Assembly (NCBI GenBank): GCA_965237955.1
Contig: OZ250169.1
Location: forward strand, 1,056,001 to 1,120,000
Length of the DNA stretch: 64,000 nt
Direction: 5' to 3'
Origin: Candidatus Marinacidobacterales bacterium
GTDB lineage: Bacteria > Acidobacteriota > Vicinamibacteria > Marinacidobacterales > SMYC01
The translations under genes were made by a program, and so were the position numbers. How positions within the stretch are numbered: position 1 is the stretch's first letter; each line of letters opens with the position of its first letter. Shown here piece by piece: positions 1-9,400 of this stretch. The notes under the pieces are model-generated. The model made no database searches and was not told the DNA's origin. It was given only the letters and a program-made list of their open reading frames with translations.

Positions 1-342
1 GCCCGGGAGGCGATGATGTCCATCGGTTGTATTCAGGCCAAGAAGTGCCACACCGATCTCTGCCCGACCGGTGTGACAACACACAACCGCTGGCTTCAAG
101 CCGGTCTGGACATCGACGACAAGGCGACGCGCTTTGCCCGCTACGTCAAGACGTTCCGCGAAGAGCTTTTGAGCCTCGCTCATGCCATGGGCTACGAGCA
201 CCCCTCTCAAGTGAGCGGCGACGACATCGAGTTCAGCACCGGTACCAACAAGTTCACGACGCTGCGCGAGCTCTTGGGATATTCGCGAGATCCGACCGAG
301 TTCACGAAGATGGAGGACTACGAGAAGACCGACTCGCGCTAG
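1..342 (+). CDS. FMN-binding glutamate synthase family protein, C-terminal part (starts before the window)
   Basis: GCIQAKKCHTDLCPTGV is the 3Fe-4S Cys motif of the family; the TAG stop lies inside the CTAG target of the adjacent IS630. Confidence 0.85.
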   Translation, partial: AREAMMSIGCIQAKKCHTDLCPTGVTTHNRWLQAGLDIDDKATRFARYVKTFREELLSLAHAMGYEHPSQVSGDDIEFSTGTNKFTTLRELLGYSRDPTEFTKMEDYEKTDSR

Positions 343-1523
343 TCCCCTGGATCTTTAATTACTGTCCAAATTCGATTTGCCATGTGTATCGAGCGTTCGC
401 TGGGCGAACCGAGCGATGGTTTCGAGGATTTGGTCGGCGGATTTCGTCCACTTGAACGGCTTTGGGTTCTCGTTGTGAGCATCGAGATAGTCTTGTATCG
501 CAACGCGGAGCTGAGGCACGCTCGTGTGCGAGCCTCGTCGCAAGGCGTGTTCGGTGAGCAAGCCAAAGAAGCGCTCAGCGAAGTTGAGCCAAGAGGCGTG
601 TGTCGGTGTGAAGTGAAAGTGGAACCGAGGTCGCTTGGAAAGCCAGCGTTTGATCGCCGGTGTCTTGTGCGTGGCGAGATTGTCGAGCACGACGTGGATG
701 TCCAACTCGCTGGGAACGGCTGCTTCGATCTCAGCGAGGAACTTCTTGAACTCTAGCGCTCGATGTCGCGCGTAGCACTTTCCGAAGACTTCACCTGTTG
801 CGGCGTCGAGTGCGGCAAACAGGTCAGTCGTTCCATGCCGAATGTAGTCGTGGGTTTGTCGCTCGGGCTGGCCCAAGCTCATGGGCAGGACAGGTTGAGC
901 ACGCTCGAGCGCTTGAATCTGCGATTTCTCGTCGACGCACAGGACGACCGCGTTATCCGGTGGGTTCATATACAGGCCAACAACGTCGCGTACTTTTTCG
1001 ACCAGTTGTGGGTCTTGCGAGAGACGAAACGATTCCGAGCGGTGCGGTTGAAGCCCGAACGTTCGCCAAATACGTCCAATCGTCGAATGACTCAGCCCAA
1101 GATGCTTGGCCATCGAGCGCGTACTCCAATGGGTTCTCCCCTTTGGAGTCGTCTCCAGCGTCTTGGTCACGACTTCCTCGATCTGGTCATCGCCGATTTT
1201 GCGAGCCGCTCCCGGCCGAGGTTCGTCGTACAACCCTTCCATTCGTTGTTCTACAAAGCGTCTTCGCCACTTGCCCACCGTGCTCCTCATGGTGTGCATC
1301 TTCCTAGCAACTTCCATATTCGTCAGACCCGCCGCGCAATCCAGCACGATCTTCGCTCGGAAGGCTTGGTGCGGCGAACTACGGCTGCGTCGCGCCAGTC
1401 GCGTCAGCGCTTCGCTTTCTTGAGACGACAGCTTCAATTCGGCTTTTCGCCGGCCCTTGTGTTTCATGCATTTAGCAGATCACAGAAGGGCCGGTGTTGT
1501 CTAGCTTTTTCTGTTCCGGGGGA
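343..1523 (-). mobile_element. IS630-family element, copy 1 (1181 bp)
   Basis: Flanked by CTAG at 339-342 and 1524-1527; short IRs TCCCCTGGA/TCCGGGGGA; near-identical to 40197-41377 and 56505-57685. Confidence 0.95.
355..1467 (-). CDS. IS630 transposase
   Basis: HTH N-terminus (THWSTRSMA) and DDE motifs [24 protein letters not shown]. Confidence 0.95.
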   Translation of the reverse strand: MKHKGRRKAELKLSSQESEALTRLARRSRSSPHQAFRAKIVLDCAAGLTNMEVARKMHTMRSTVGKWRRRFVEQRMEGLYDEPRPGAARKIGDDQIEEVVTKTLETTPKGRTHWSTRSMAKHLGLSHSTIGRIWRTFGLQPHRSESFRLSQDPQLVEKVRDVVGLYMNPPDNAVVLCVDEKSQIQALERAQPVLPMSLGQPERQTHDYIRHGTTDLFAALDAATGEVFGKCYARHRALEFKKFLAEIEAAVPSELDIHVVLDNLATHKTPAIKRWLSKRPRFHFHFTPTHASWLNFAERFFGLLTEHALRRGSHTSVPQLRVAIQDYLDAHNENPKPFKWTKSADQILETIARFAQRTLDTHGKSNLDSN

Positions 1524-1544
1524 CTAGCGAGTCGCACCGACTCT

Positions 1545-1710
1545 CCCTCTCCCGCAAGCGGGGGAGAGGGCCTGGGGTGAGGGGGATGTCCAGGGGGATG
1601 TTGCCGACCTGGTTCAAGGCCGACTTCGAGTCACACGGAGTCATGTGGTGGCACCCTCACCCCCCTCGTATCGCCAGAGCTCGGGACCCTCTCCCGCGAG
1701 CGGGAGAGGG
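1545..1710. repeat. Pair of REP-like palindromes
   Basis: CCCTCTCCCGC-AA/GA-GCGGG(GG)AGAGGG at 1545-1570 and 1687-1710, between convergent genes. Confidence 0.7.
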
Positions 1711-1728
1711 GGAATAGGGATCGCGAGC

Positions 1729-3231
1729 TTATTTAAGTGCTTTCGCCATCGAACGGCACACGGTCTTCAGGACTTCGATACGAGCCCAGCGCTTGTCGTC
1801 TCCTGCCACGACGTGCCATTTGGCGTATTCGGTGCTGGTGCGCTGGATCATTTCGTTGGCCGCAAGCTCGTAGTCAATCCGACGCTCTCGGTTGCGATAG
1901 TCGTCGGGTGTGATCTTGTACTTCTTGAACGGTACTTTCTCGCGGGCCTTGAAGCGGCGGAGCTGTTCTTCCTCCGACAGGTGGACCCAGAATTTGAGGA
2001 CGAGCACGCCTCGGTCCGCGAGCTGACCTTCGAAGTCGTTGATCTCGGCGTAGGCGCGCTTCCACTCGTCCTCGGCTGCAAAACCCTCGACGCGCTCCAC
2101 GAGCACGCGCCCATACCAGCTCCGGTCAAAAATCGCGACGTGCCCCGCGCGCGGAATGTTGCGCCAGAATCGCCATAAATAATGATGTGCGAGCTCTTCG
2201 TCGGTAGGAGCGGCAATGGGGATGACGCGATAGTGAGCGGCGTCCATCGCACGCGTCAGTCGGCGGATGGCGCCACCTTTGCCCGCCGCATCCCACCCTT
2301 CGAACGCGAACACGGAGGACATCCCTTCGTCGTGCGCCTTTTCGCTCAACTCCGCCAGGCGACCCCAGAGCTTTTGGAGCTTCTTTTCGTAGTCGTTCTT
2401 TTCGAGCTTCGCGCTCAAATCCACCTGATCGAGGACGGTAATGGGGCTGGGTTCCCCGGCACTCGTGCGCGGAGTCGTTTTCCGGGGTTTCGGCGGTCGT
2501 CCGAGGCGTTTCGTCAGCGACTGGATGATGACCTGCGCCACGGTCACGTCGCGGTAGTTATCGTCCGTGCTCTCGACGACGTGCCATAAAGAGGCATCAC
2601 GGCTCGTCTGCCGTAGAACCCGCTCGGCAACTTCCCTCACGTCTCCGTAGTGTTTGTGGAGAATGCGATCCTCTTTGACGACTCGCCAGGCGCGGCCCGC
2701 TTTCTTCTCCGCTCTTTTGAGGCGCTTTTTGAGCTCTTTTTTCGGCGTGTGTAGCCAGAACTTCAGGATGAGCGCGCCATCGTCCGTAAGCGCTTTCTCG
2801 AAACTCTGGATGTGCCGGACGCGCCGATCGAGCCCCACCTCGTCGATATCACCAACAACTCGATCGACGATGACTCGAGTCATCCACTCTCGCAAATAGA
2901 GTCCGATCCGACCCCGAGTCGGCAGCGTCCTCCAATAGCGCCAAAAGCGAGGTCGCTCCGCCTCTTCCTGTGTCAGATCTTCGTAGACATTCGCCGCGAG
3001 GAATCGCGGATCCATCCACTCGTGCAGCATGTTGGACACCTCGGTGCAACCGGGCTGATCGTCGCCGCCGAGGACGAGAATGACGGGAAAATCGGAATCG
3101 CGCAGCTCGTACTGCACGGTAAGGAGGCCCACGCGGAGCACCGGCTCTTGCTTCTTGTAGTCCTGCTTGCTCGTTTTACGCCCGAGCTCCGCCGCTTCGA
3201 ACATCCCGCCCCCTCCAACGGGAGGCATCAT
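1729..3231 (-). CDS. pap: Polyphosphate:AMP phosphotransferase (two-domain PPK2)
   Basis: Two PPK2 domains; the C-terminal one has FEGWDAAGKGG, FDRSWYGRVLVERV and KFWVHLS; the N-terminal P-loop is degenerate. Confidence 0.9.
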   Translation of the reverse strand: MMPPVGGGGMFEAAELGRKTSKQDYKKQEPVLRVGLLTVQYELRDSDFPVILVLGGDDQPGCTEVSNMLHEWMDPRFLAANVYEDLTQEEAERPRFWRYWRTLPTRGRIGLYLREWMTRVIVDRVVGDIDEVGLDRRVRHIQSFEKALTDDGALILKFWLHTPKKELKKRLKRAEKKAGRAWRVVKEDRILHKHYGDVREVAERVLRQTSRDASLWHVVESTDDNYRDVTVAQVIIQSLTKRLGRPPKPRKTTPRTSAGEPSPITVLDQVDLSAKLEKNDYEKKLQKLWGRLAELSEKAHDEGMSSVFAFEGWDAAGKGGAIRRLTRAMDAAHYRVIPIAAPTDEELAHHYLWRFWRNIPRAGHVAIFDRSWYGRVLVERVEGFAAEDEWKRAYAEINDFEGQLADRGVLVLKFWVHLSEEEQLRRFKAREKVPFKKYKITPDDYRNRERRIDYELAANEMIQRTSTEYAKWHVVAGDDKRWARIEVLKTVCRSMAKALK

Positions 3232-3422
3232 ATCGCCCGTTCGATGTTGCGTTTACGAAAAAGCTCGACAAAGCACGCAGCACGAGTACAATGGGGCGTT
3301 TTTTGTTGTGTTGGAGTAGGCATTTAGGGGTCGGCGAGAATACAAGCGCCATCATATAAATCGCGGGCTTTTCGAGTTACCGTCCGCTCCGCTCCCGCCT
3401 CGTCACAACGGGGAGTCGAAGT

Positions 3423-4033
3423 TTGTCCGACTCGGACCGACGTAAGCCTAACGAAGAATCGGGAGATCCCAACAAGATGTCGCGACGGGAAGAATATTTC
3501 GAAGGCGCCACACTGTCACCCGACGAAGTGACGTTCCAGCGAGAAGGGCTTCCGGATGACTACCGCATGCGCTACGAAGAAGACCACTACGTCGACGAGC
3601 TCGTCGCCGCGGGAAGTATGCCCCAGCTCCGGCTCGTCCCCGTCAGCGAGATCGAAGGCGGCTTCGGCAGTGGTGGTGAAAGCCTGGACGGCCTCATCGA
3701 CTCGATCCAGGCGTACGGCGTCCTGCAACCTTTGTTAGTACGAAGGCTCCGAGGTCGCTACGAGCTACTCGCCGGCTCCAAACGCCTGGCTGCCGCTGTG
3801 AACGCAGGTCTCAAAGAAGTCCCCTGCCTCGTCCACGAGGTCGACGACGTCGAAGCGCGTCGTCTCGCCGAGGCAGCCAATCGACGAGCCAGCCGCACGG
3901 CCGTGGCGTCGAGCTCCTCGCTTCAATGGAGTACGGACGCGATGATTCTCGTCGCAGGAAGCCTCAACACGATCCTTTCGACGCTCGGCCTCTTGGACAA
4001 ACCCGACAGCTCGCTTCGCGACCGCGTCGCCGT
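3423..4033 (+). pseudogene. 5' half of a ParB-N-domain protein broken by IS5 insertion and inversion
   Basis: SIQAYGVLQPLLVRR...YELLAGSKRLAAA..GLKEVPC (ParB/Srx fold); ends at the target sequence CGTCGCCGT (4025-4033). Confidence 0.85.
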
Positions 4034-4785
4034 TGCCTTGGTGCACAACTCCGATAGAGGCCGAGAGCTCGCTTGGCCCCGACTCCCATCATCCGATCAT
4101 CTCGCTATCAGGCATCCCGAGCGCCGTCATCGTGTTGAGAATCTTGCACCCGATCCTTGCCTCGACTCTCTGTGCCGCCAACCCTCTCGCTCGCATCGCT
4201 GAGCCCACGATAGCCTTCGCCACTCTGCTCGTCGACACACAGATGGAGCTTGCGATAGTCCCTGCTCTTTGGTGCTCTGCGCAGCTGGCCGGCGTGGACA
4301 GCGAGACCGCTGCTGTCGATCAAGATGTGCAACGGCGTCTTCTGCTTGTCTTGGTAGAAGGGGACCTTACCCAGCTTCGCCTTGCGCCTCGAGATCGTGG
4401 TGTGATCGGGCACATCATTGTCTAGCTTCATCAGAGCGAACAACGATCGCAGCAATCCCTCGCTCTGCCTAGATGACAGATGAAACACCATGCCCAGGGT
4501 GACAGCCGTCTCGATGGCGTGGTTCGAGTACTTACGTTGACGGCCCGGTTTCCTCCTCCTCGGCCGGGGCGCGTCCCAGTTCACAAGCTTGCCGGCGGTG
4601 AGCGAGATCCAGACGGTCAGGCTCCCACGGTTGCGTAGACCCGCCTCATATTCACGCCAATTCCTCACGCGATAGGCCTTCTTCACATACTTCCGCTGAG
4701 TGCGTTTGAAAATGCTCATGGGGAACCTCGAATCCGTGAGTAAAGGACAATTGTGGACCGAGATCGCGAGTTGTGCACCAAGGCA
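4034..4785 (-). mobile_element. IS5-family (IS903-like) element with a 335-bp internal deletion
   Basis: TIR TGCCTTGGTGCACAACTC; 752 bp versus 1087 bp for the full copy at 16475-17561. Confidence 0.92.
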
Positions 4786-4893
4786 GCTTCGCGGCGGTAA
4801 TAGTTGAGCAAGCCGCCCAATCGTTTGCGACATCGCACATTCCCGTCGAGACTGCCCACGCGCTCGTCCGCTTCGATCAACGCGTTTTCCAAT
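4786..4893 (-). pseudogene. rve integrase C-terminal remnant
   Basis: Reverse strand reads LENALIEAD...RCRKRLGGLLNYYRREA, matching the C-terminus of 55221-56291. Confidence 0.7.
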
Positions 4894-4934
4894 GTATCCA
4901 GATATCTCTGTTATAGAGGAGATGAAGTATTTTT

Positions 4935-6653
4935 GCCTCTCCTGCCATTTCAGTGGATCCTCTCGAGGGTGAGACCGCCACAGTTTAGGTAGACGAGACT
5001 GATGAGAGCTTCGGCAGAGTGGAGTCCAAAGCTGCGGTGGCTCAGCAGCCGGATTTTGTTGTTCATTCCTTCGAGTCGGCCGTTGCTGAGTCTCCACGTG
5101 ACCCACGCGATGACGCCATCGAAGTGGCTGCGGATCATCTTCGCCGCGCGTTTGACGGGCTCTATCCTCGAGCTCATAGCGCGCCGCAGCCATCCTCGGA
5201 GAAACTTCTTGGCCCATGTCTCGGTTTTGTAGGTGTAGAGGTCCATGAAGTCGTCGCGCAGAAGCATGGCGCGGTAGAGGCGACGATTAGCTCGCACCTG
5301 CTCGCGGAGCACCCGTTTGTCTTTCGCGCTGCGGTTGTGTTTGGCCTTGAGAAGGGGAAACTTGGTGTTCTTGAGGTTGCGCCGGGCAGTCCCTTTGAGC
5401 TCGCGCACCAGCTCGCGCCGGGTCTTATCCACGGCCTCGTTCAGATGCTTGACGATGTGGAAGCGGTCAAAGATCACCCGTGCCTGAGGAGCCTTTTTGC
5501 CGACGACAGTTATGTACGGCTCCCACATGTCCATGCTGACCGCTTCGAGCTCCGCGGCTCTTTGTGGTCCGAGCTTGCGGAAAAACCGCAGCAGCGTCTT
5601 GGCCTTGCGCTCCTTTCCCGCCCAGACGACCCGGCCGCTGAGATGGTCTATTACCACTGTTAAGTACTTGTGGCGTTTGCGGTAGCTGATCTCGTCCATC
5701 CCAATCACCCGCAATCCATCGAGCTCGCGCCGCTCATCCCGCTGCTCGGCAACCACTCGCTGGATGATCCGTCGCACCGAACGCCACGTCACTCGGAAAT
5801 AGTTCGCTACGGCGCTGACGTCCGTCCTCTGTGCCAGCCACGCTACCTCTTGTTCGAAGCTTTTGGTAAAGCGGCTTCCCTTGTCGGCCCAAGGCACCTT
5901 TTCTCTGACCACTCCACACCACCGACATACCACTCGTCGGATCGAGTAGCGAAGATAGGTCCGGACTCCGAACAGGTCCAAGTGCCGCCAGTAGCGATTG
6001 TAGCGATCTTTGTTCTTGCGGACCTTTCGTCCGCAAATCCCGCACAGAGGCTTCCTCCTCCGTGGTACTACATCCACCACCACTCTGGCTTTGTCCGCCT
6101 GGAAGTGGAAACCTCGGACCCACAGGCCTTGCAATCCGATGAGCTTGTTGACTAACGTAGTAACGCGCATCGCGGGAACGCTCTTTTCTCTTTCGGGAAA
6201 AAAGATTCTAGCGTTCTCGCCGATGCGCATCTACACATGGCTTACCCTCTCAACCCACGGGCCTCACCAAATGCCACTGCCCCTCAGCGGGAGACGAGGC
6301 TGTGGGAAACGCCCCCACGGTTCTGGTCGTTCAGACCTTGCTCACGACTGAGTTCTCTTCGAAGCCTGGAAGGGCGTTTTCCATAGCCTCCACTAATCGA
6401 GCCCCCCCTTCCTTATTCCATATGAATTAATCTTTCTTGTATATATATCAGGAGGGGCCTGTGGGCGCTCGTGGGAAACGCGAAGCGTTTTCCAAGCGAT
6501 TGTGGAAAACGCCGCTCCACGTTTGTACGTGCTCACAACCTTTCCCTAAACGCCTCTCTCGCCCGGAGTTTCCGGCGTTTTCCACAATCGCGGCAGCGTC
6601 CATAGGCCATGCCCTCCAACACAAATCAGATCCCCCGAAACGACAGGAGAACC
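4935..6653 (-). mobile_element. ISL3-family element, copy 1
   Basis: IRs GCCTCTCCTGCCATTTC/GAAACGACAGGAGAACC; 8-bp TSD GTATTTTT at 4927-4934 and 6654-6661. Confidence 0.95.
4950..6230 (-). CDS. ISL3 transposase
   Basis: CxxC zinc finger, GMDEIS, SMDMW, FDRFHIV, SNGRLEGMNNKI. Confidence 0.95.
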   Translation of the reverse strand: MRIGENARIFFPEREKSVPAMRVTTLVNKLIGLQGLWVRGFHFQADKARVVVDVVPRRRKPLCGICGRKVRKNKDRYNRYWRHLDLFGVRTYLRYSIRRVVCRWCGVVREKVPWADKGSRFTKSFEQEVAWLAQRTDVSAVANYFRVTWRSVRRIIQRVVAEQRDERRELDGLRVIGMDEISYRKRHKYLTVVIDHLSGRVVWAGKERKAKTLLRFFRKLGPQRAAELEAVSMDMWEPYITVVGKKAPQARVIFDRFHIVKHLNEAVDKTRRELVRELKGTARRNLKNTKFPLLKAKHNRSAKDKRVLREQVRANRRLYRAMLLRDDFMDLYTYKTETWAKKFLRGWLRRAMSSRIEPVKRAAKMIRSHFDGVIAWVTWRLSNGRLEGMNNKIRLLSHRSFGLHSAEALISLVYLNCGGLTLERIH

Positions 6654-6756
6654 GTATTTTTTTTGACTCAATGTATTCTCCCATTTAATGATAGTTGTGT
6701 GAACATTGTTGTGGAACCCAAATAGTTATTTCATCTCTCAGATAAAGATCTCACGT

Positions 6757-8841
6757 TTACCTTAGGTATCTGTCAAACCATCTGACTATGTGCTGTTGCC
6801 TCTCCACTATGTGTTTGGGCCCTTTGATTCCGTGACCTTCTCCGGGGAAGCTGACGAACTCGACGACTCTATTCAGCTTCTTCAATGCTATGAAGAGCAT
6901 TTCAGCCTGCTCAATCGGGCAAACCCAGTCCAGCTCGGAATGGATGAGCAAGAGCGGCGTCTTCATATTCTTGACGTAGGTGATGGGGGACTTTTCTATG
7001 AACATCTGGGGGTCATCCCACGGTTCCTTCATCTCAGAGATCTCATGGGGCGAACCATGGTAGCTGAAGTGGTTGCTCATACTCGCCATCGAGATGGCCG
7101 TCTTGAACCGGTCCGTGTGCGCTATGATCCAGTTCGTCATGAAGCCGCCATAGGATCCGCCTGCGACCCCCAGCCTCTCCGGGTCGACGAAGGGATAAGT
7201 CTCGATAACATAATCTATGGCCTCCATGATGTCCCGGTAATCCCGATCACCCCAGTGGTCTGGGGCCTCAGCTGAGCGCACGAATAAGATGTCAGCTGCG
7301 AAGGATTCTCCGTACCCGGTACTGCCCCTATAGTTCGTGTAGACCACAGCAAAGCCGTGCTCCGCCAACACCTGGTAACCACGCCTCAATCCATATCTGT
7401 ATCCGCCTCTTGGCCCACCGTGAATAAAGCTGACCATCGGGTACTTCTCACCCTCTTTGAGTTCATGGGGCTTGACTATCCATCCCTGGACTTTGACGCC
7501 GTCGCTGGCGGTGAACCAGAACTCCTCGGGCTCGACAAGCCTCAGCTTCCCCAGGAGGGTCCTATTCATCTCCGTCCTCTTCGCTTGACCACCGTCGTCC
7601 AGGATCCAGAGCTCGCTGGGAGTCATGGGACCCGAGGCGTTGAAGGCGAAGACCTTCCCGGCCTCGTCCATGGTGAAGGAGCCGATGTTCATCTTTCCCT
7701 CCGTCAAGGCCTCGACCTCCCCCTCAAGGCTCACCCTGTGAATATGACGGGTGCCGTGGTTGGGGAACTTGACGTAGACGTACTTCGAGTCTGGGGACCA
7801 CTTGACCGAGGCTCCTCTGGCGACCGTCCGGTCGAAGTCAGCAGTGAGGCACTTGGGCTCGCCGCCCTTTACTGGCAAGACCCAGATGTCGGCATTTCTG
7901 TACACGTGGCGCCTGTGGGAATCACGCTCCTCCATGACGCGTCCACCGAAAGCGATGTACTCCCCATCCGGAGACCAATCCAGACTTTGTATACGGGCTC
8001 CCCGCCCCCTCCATAGGACTTCTGGATCTCCTCCTTTTGAGGAGATGGTGTAGATACGCCCGCGAGAGAAAAAGACTACGCGGCTGCCATCGGGGGACCA
8101 GTCGACCATATTTATGTTGAACTCTCCATCGGTCAGCTGCTTTACCTGACCGCTTTCGGGCTGGACTGAGAAGAGATGCCTCCACCTATCATGTATGAAT
8201 TCACGTTCCGATGGGGTCTTGTAAGGATAGCTTCTGATGATCTTGACGTCGCTGCCCTTCGCTCTCTCGCCTTTGAAGACGTTTGAGAGAAAAAGTATGG
8301 TCTTGCCGTCGGGGGACCAGGTGGGGCGCTCAACGCCTTCCTCTACAGAGGTAAGACATCTTGCCTCACCGCCGTCGGCAGGGATCACGAATATCTGCAT
8401 CCCTGGTTTATTCTCCTCGCTCAAACGATCGGAGAGGAAAAGGATGGTCTTCCCATCTGGGGACCATCTGGGATGGCTGTCGTTGCCGTTGCCGTATGTA
8501 AACTGTTTCGGCTCTTTCTCATCCAAAGGGAGGAGCCATATGTGGCTGTGGTATCTGTCCTCTTTCACGTTCGCGGTCGTGTAAGTGAAGAGAACTTTGG
8601 TACCGTCAGGGGATATCTGTGGATCCGATACAGGTTGCCCAGGAAAAATTGGCGTGATCCTGTAATCTTCCAGTTTTTTCATTCCCAACGCTTTGTTAGG
8701 GTTATCAGGATTGCCAGGTGGGTTTTCAGGCTTGCCTCTTGTTGTTCTTACTTGGCCTTCACTAAAGTCTATAAAAACCAAAGCAAAAGCCAGGAAGGCC
8801 ACCAATCCAAAAAGTTTCAGATTATGGATTTTTTTCATCAT
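6757..8841 (-). CDS. S9-family peptidase (PD40 beta-propeller plus alpha/beta hydrolase) with a fused ~50-aa secretion leader
   Basis: WSPDG repeats, IHGGP, nucleophile GGSYGG, HSELD, GEGH; first ~50 aa shared with 15032-16411. Confidence 0.92.
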   Translation of the reverse strand: MMKKIHNLKLFGLVAFLAFALVFIDFSEGQVRTTRGKPENPPGNPDNPNKALGMKKLEDYRITPIFPGQPVSDPQISPDGTKVLFTYTTANVKEDRYHSHIWLLPLDEKEPKQFTYGNGNDSHPRWSPDGKTILFLSDRLSEENKPGMQIFVIPADGGEARCLTSVEEGVERPTWSPDGKTILFLSNVFKGERAKGSDVKIIRSYPYKTPSEREFIHDRWRHLFSVQPESGQVKQLTDGEFNINMVDWSPDGSRVVFFSRGRIYTISSKGGDPEVLWRGRGARIQSLDWSPDGEYIAFGGRVMEERDSHRRHVYRNADIWVLPVKGGEPKCLTADFDRTVARGASVKWSPDSKYVYVKFPNHGTRHIHRVSLEGEVEALTEGKMNIGSFTMDEAGKVFAFNASGPMTPSELWILDDGGQAKRTEMNRTLLGKLRLVEPEEFWFTASDGVKVQGWIVKPHELKEGEKYPMVSFIHGGPRGGYRYGLRRGYQVLAEHGFAVVYTNYRGSTGYGESFAADILFVRSAEAPDHWGDRDYRDIMEAIDYVIETYPFVDPERLGVAGGSYGGFMTNWIIAHTDRFKTAISMASMSNHFSYHGSPHEISEMKEPWDDPQMFIEKSPITYVKNMKTPLLLIHSELDWVCPIEQAEMLFIALKKLNRVVEFVSFPGEGHGIKGPKHIVERQQHIVRWFDRYLR

Positions 8842-8891
8842 GTCCTCCTTATTTTAAAGGATAGGAAAAATCATAGCTTCGCTGATGGGTG

Positions 8892-9010
8892 CCTGTGCCA
8901 ATTTTCGCAGGGTGCATGAGAGAAGGTTCCATTTCAGTACCTCGTGGAGCATAGCAAAGCCCAAGAGCGGCAGGTCGAGGACCGCGGATCGAGTTTATGA
9001 AAGGCACAGG
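8892..9010. mobile_element. 119-bp MITE with CCTGTGCC termini and an outward-facing extended -10
   Basis: CCTGTGCC at 8892 and GGCACAGG ending at 9010, similar to rve-element ends; TGCTATGCT on the minus strand (~8948-8956) points at the S9 gene. Confidence 0.6.
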
Positions 9011-9154
9011 AAGCCGCTCGGCAGGTCAAGTAAGGGCAGTTACTTCAGCTCGCGTTCGATCGCTGCTCGATCGCGCCGTCAAGAGGGCAAGTGACGCCTC
9101 CGGGATACAAGAAACACTGGCACGCTTGAGTTTTGGTGTTAGACCATGAGATTT

Positions 9155-9236
9155 GGATGGCGGGACCGGTATGAATCGAGAGGTTCACGTACCGTTCTGA
9201 GGGGGGCTGGGGTGAAATTCCCAGGCCTACTCACCT
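9155..9236 (+). ncRNA. Group II intron 3' remnant (domains V-VI)
   Basis: GACCGGTATGAATCGAGAGGTTCACGTACCGTTC (DV with GAGA tetraloop and AC bulge) followed by GGGGCTGGGGTGAAATTCCCAGGCCTACTCACC (DVI); no RT ORF seen. Confidence 0.85.
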
Positions 9237-9400
9237 TTCGAATCGACTCTGATTGTCCTCCACAGACCGTAAAAGCCGACCAGAAACCGATCATGCAACC
9301 AAGAACAAAAAAGTTAAGCTACCTCACCTATGACTTACTCCTAACAGCTGCTTTTGTCTGAAGCCGTAAAAGCTTGCAACGTTATGTCATTGATGTAAAG

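Noticed and set aside
763-1527. Long antisense ORFs over transposases and GC-rich genes
   Set aside because: Shadow frames; they recur only because the IS is repeated
4108-5217. 369-aa ORF (also the 405-aa ORF at 12958-14175 and the 285-aa ORF at 27901-28758 as listed)
   Set aside because: Chimeric read-through across IS junctions, not a real gene in that form
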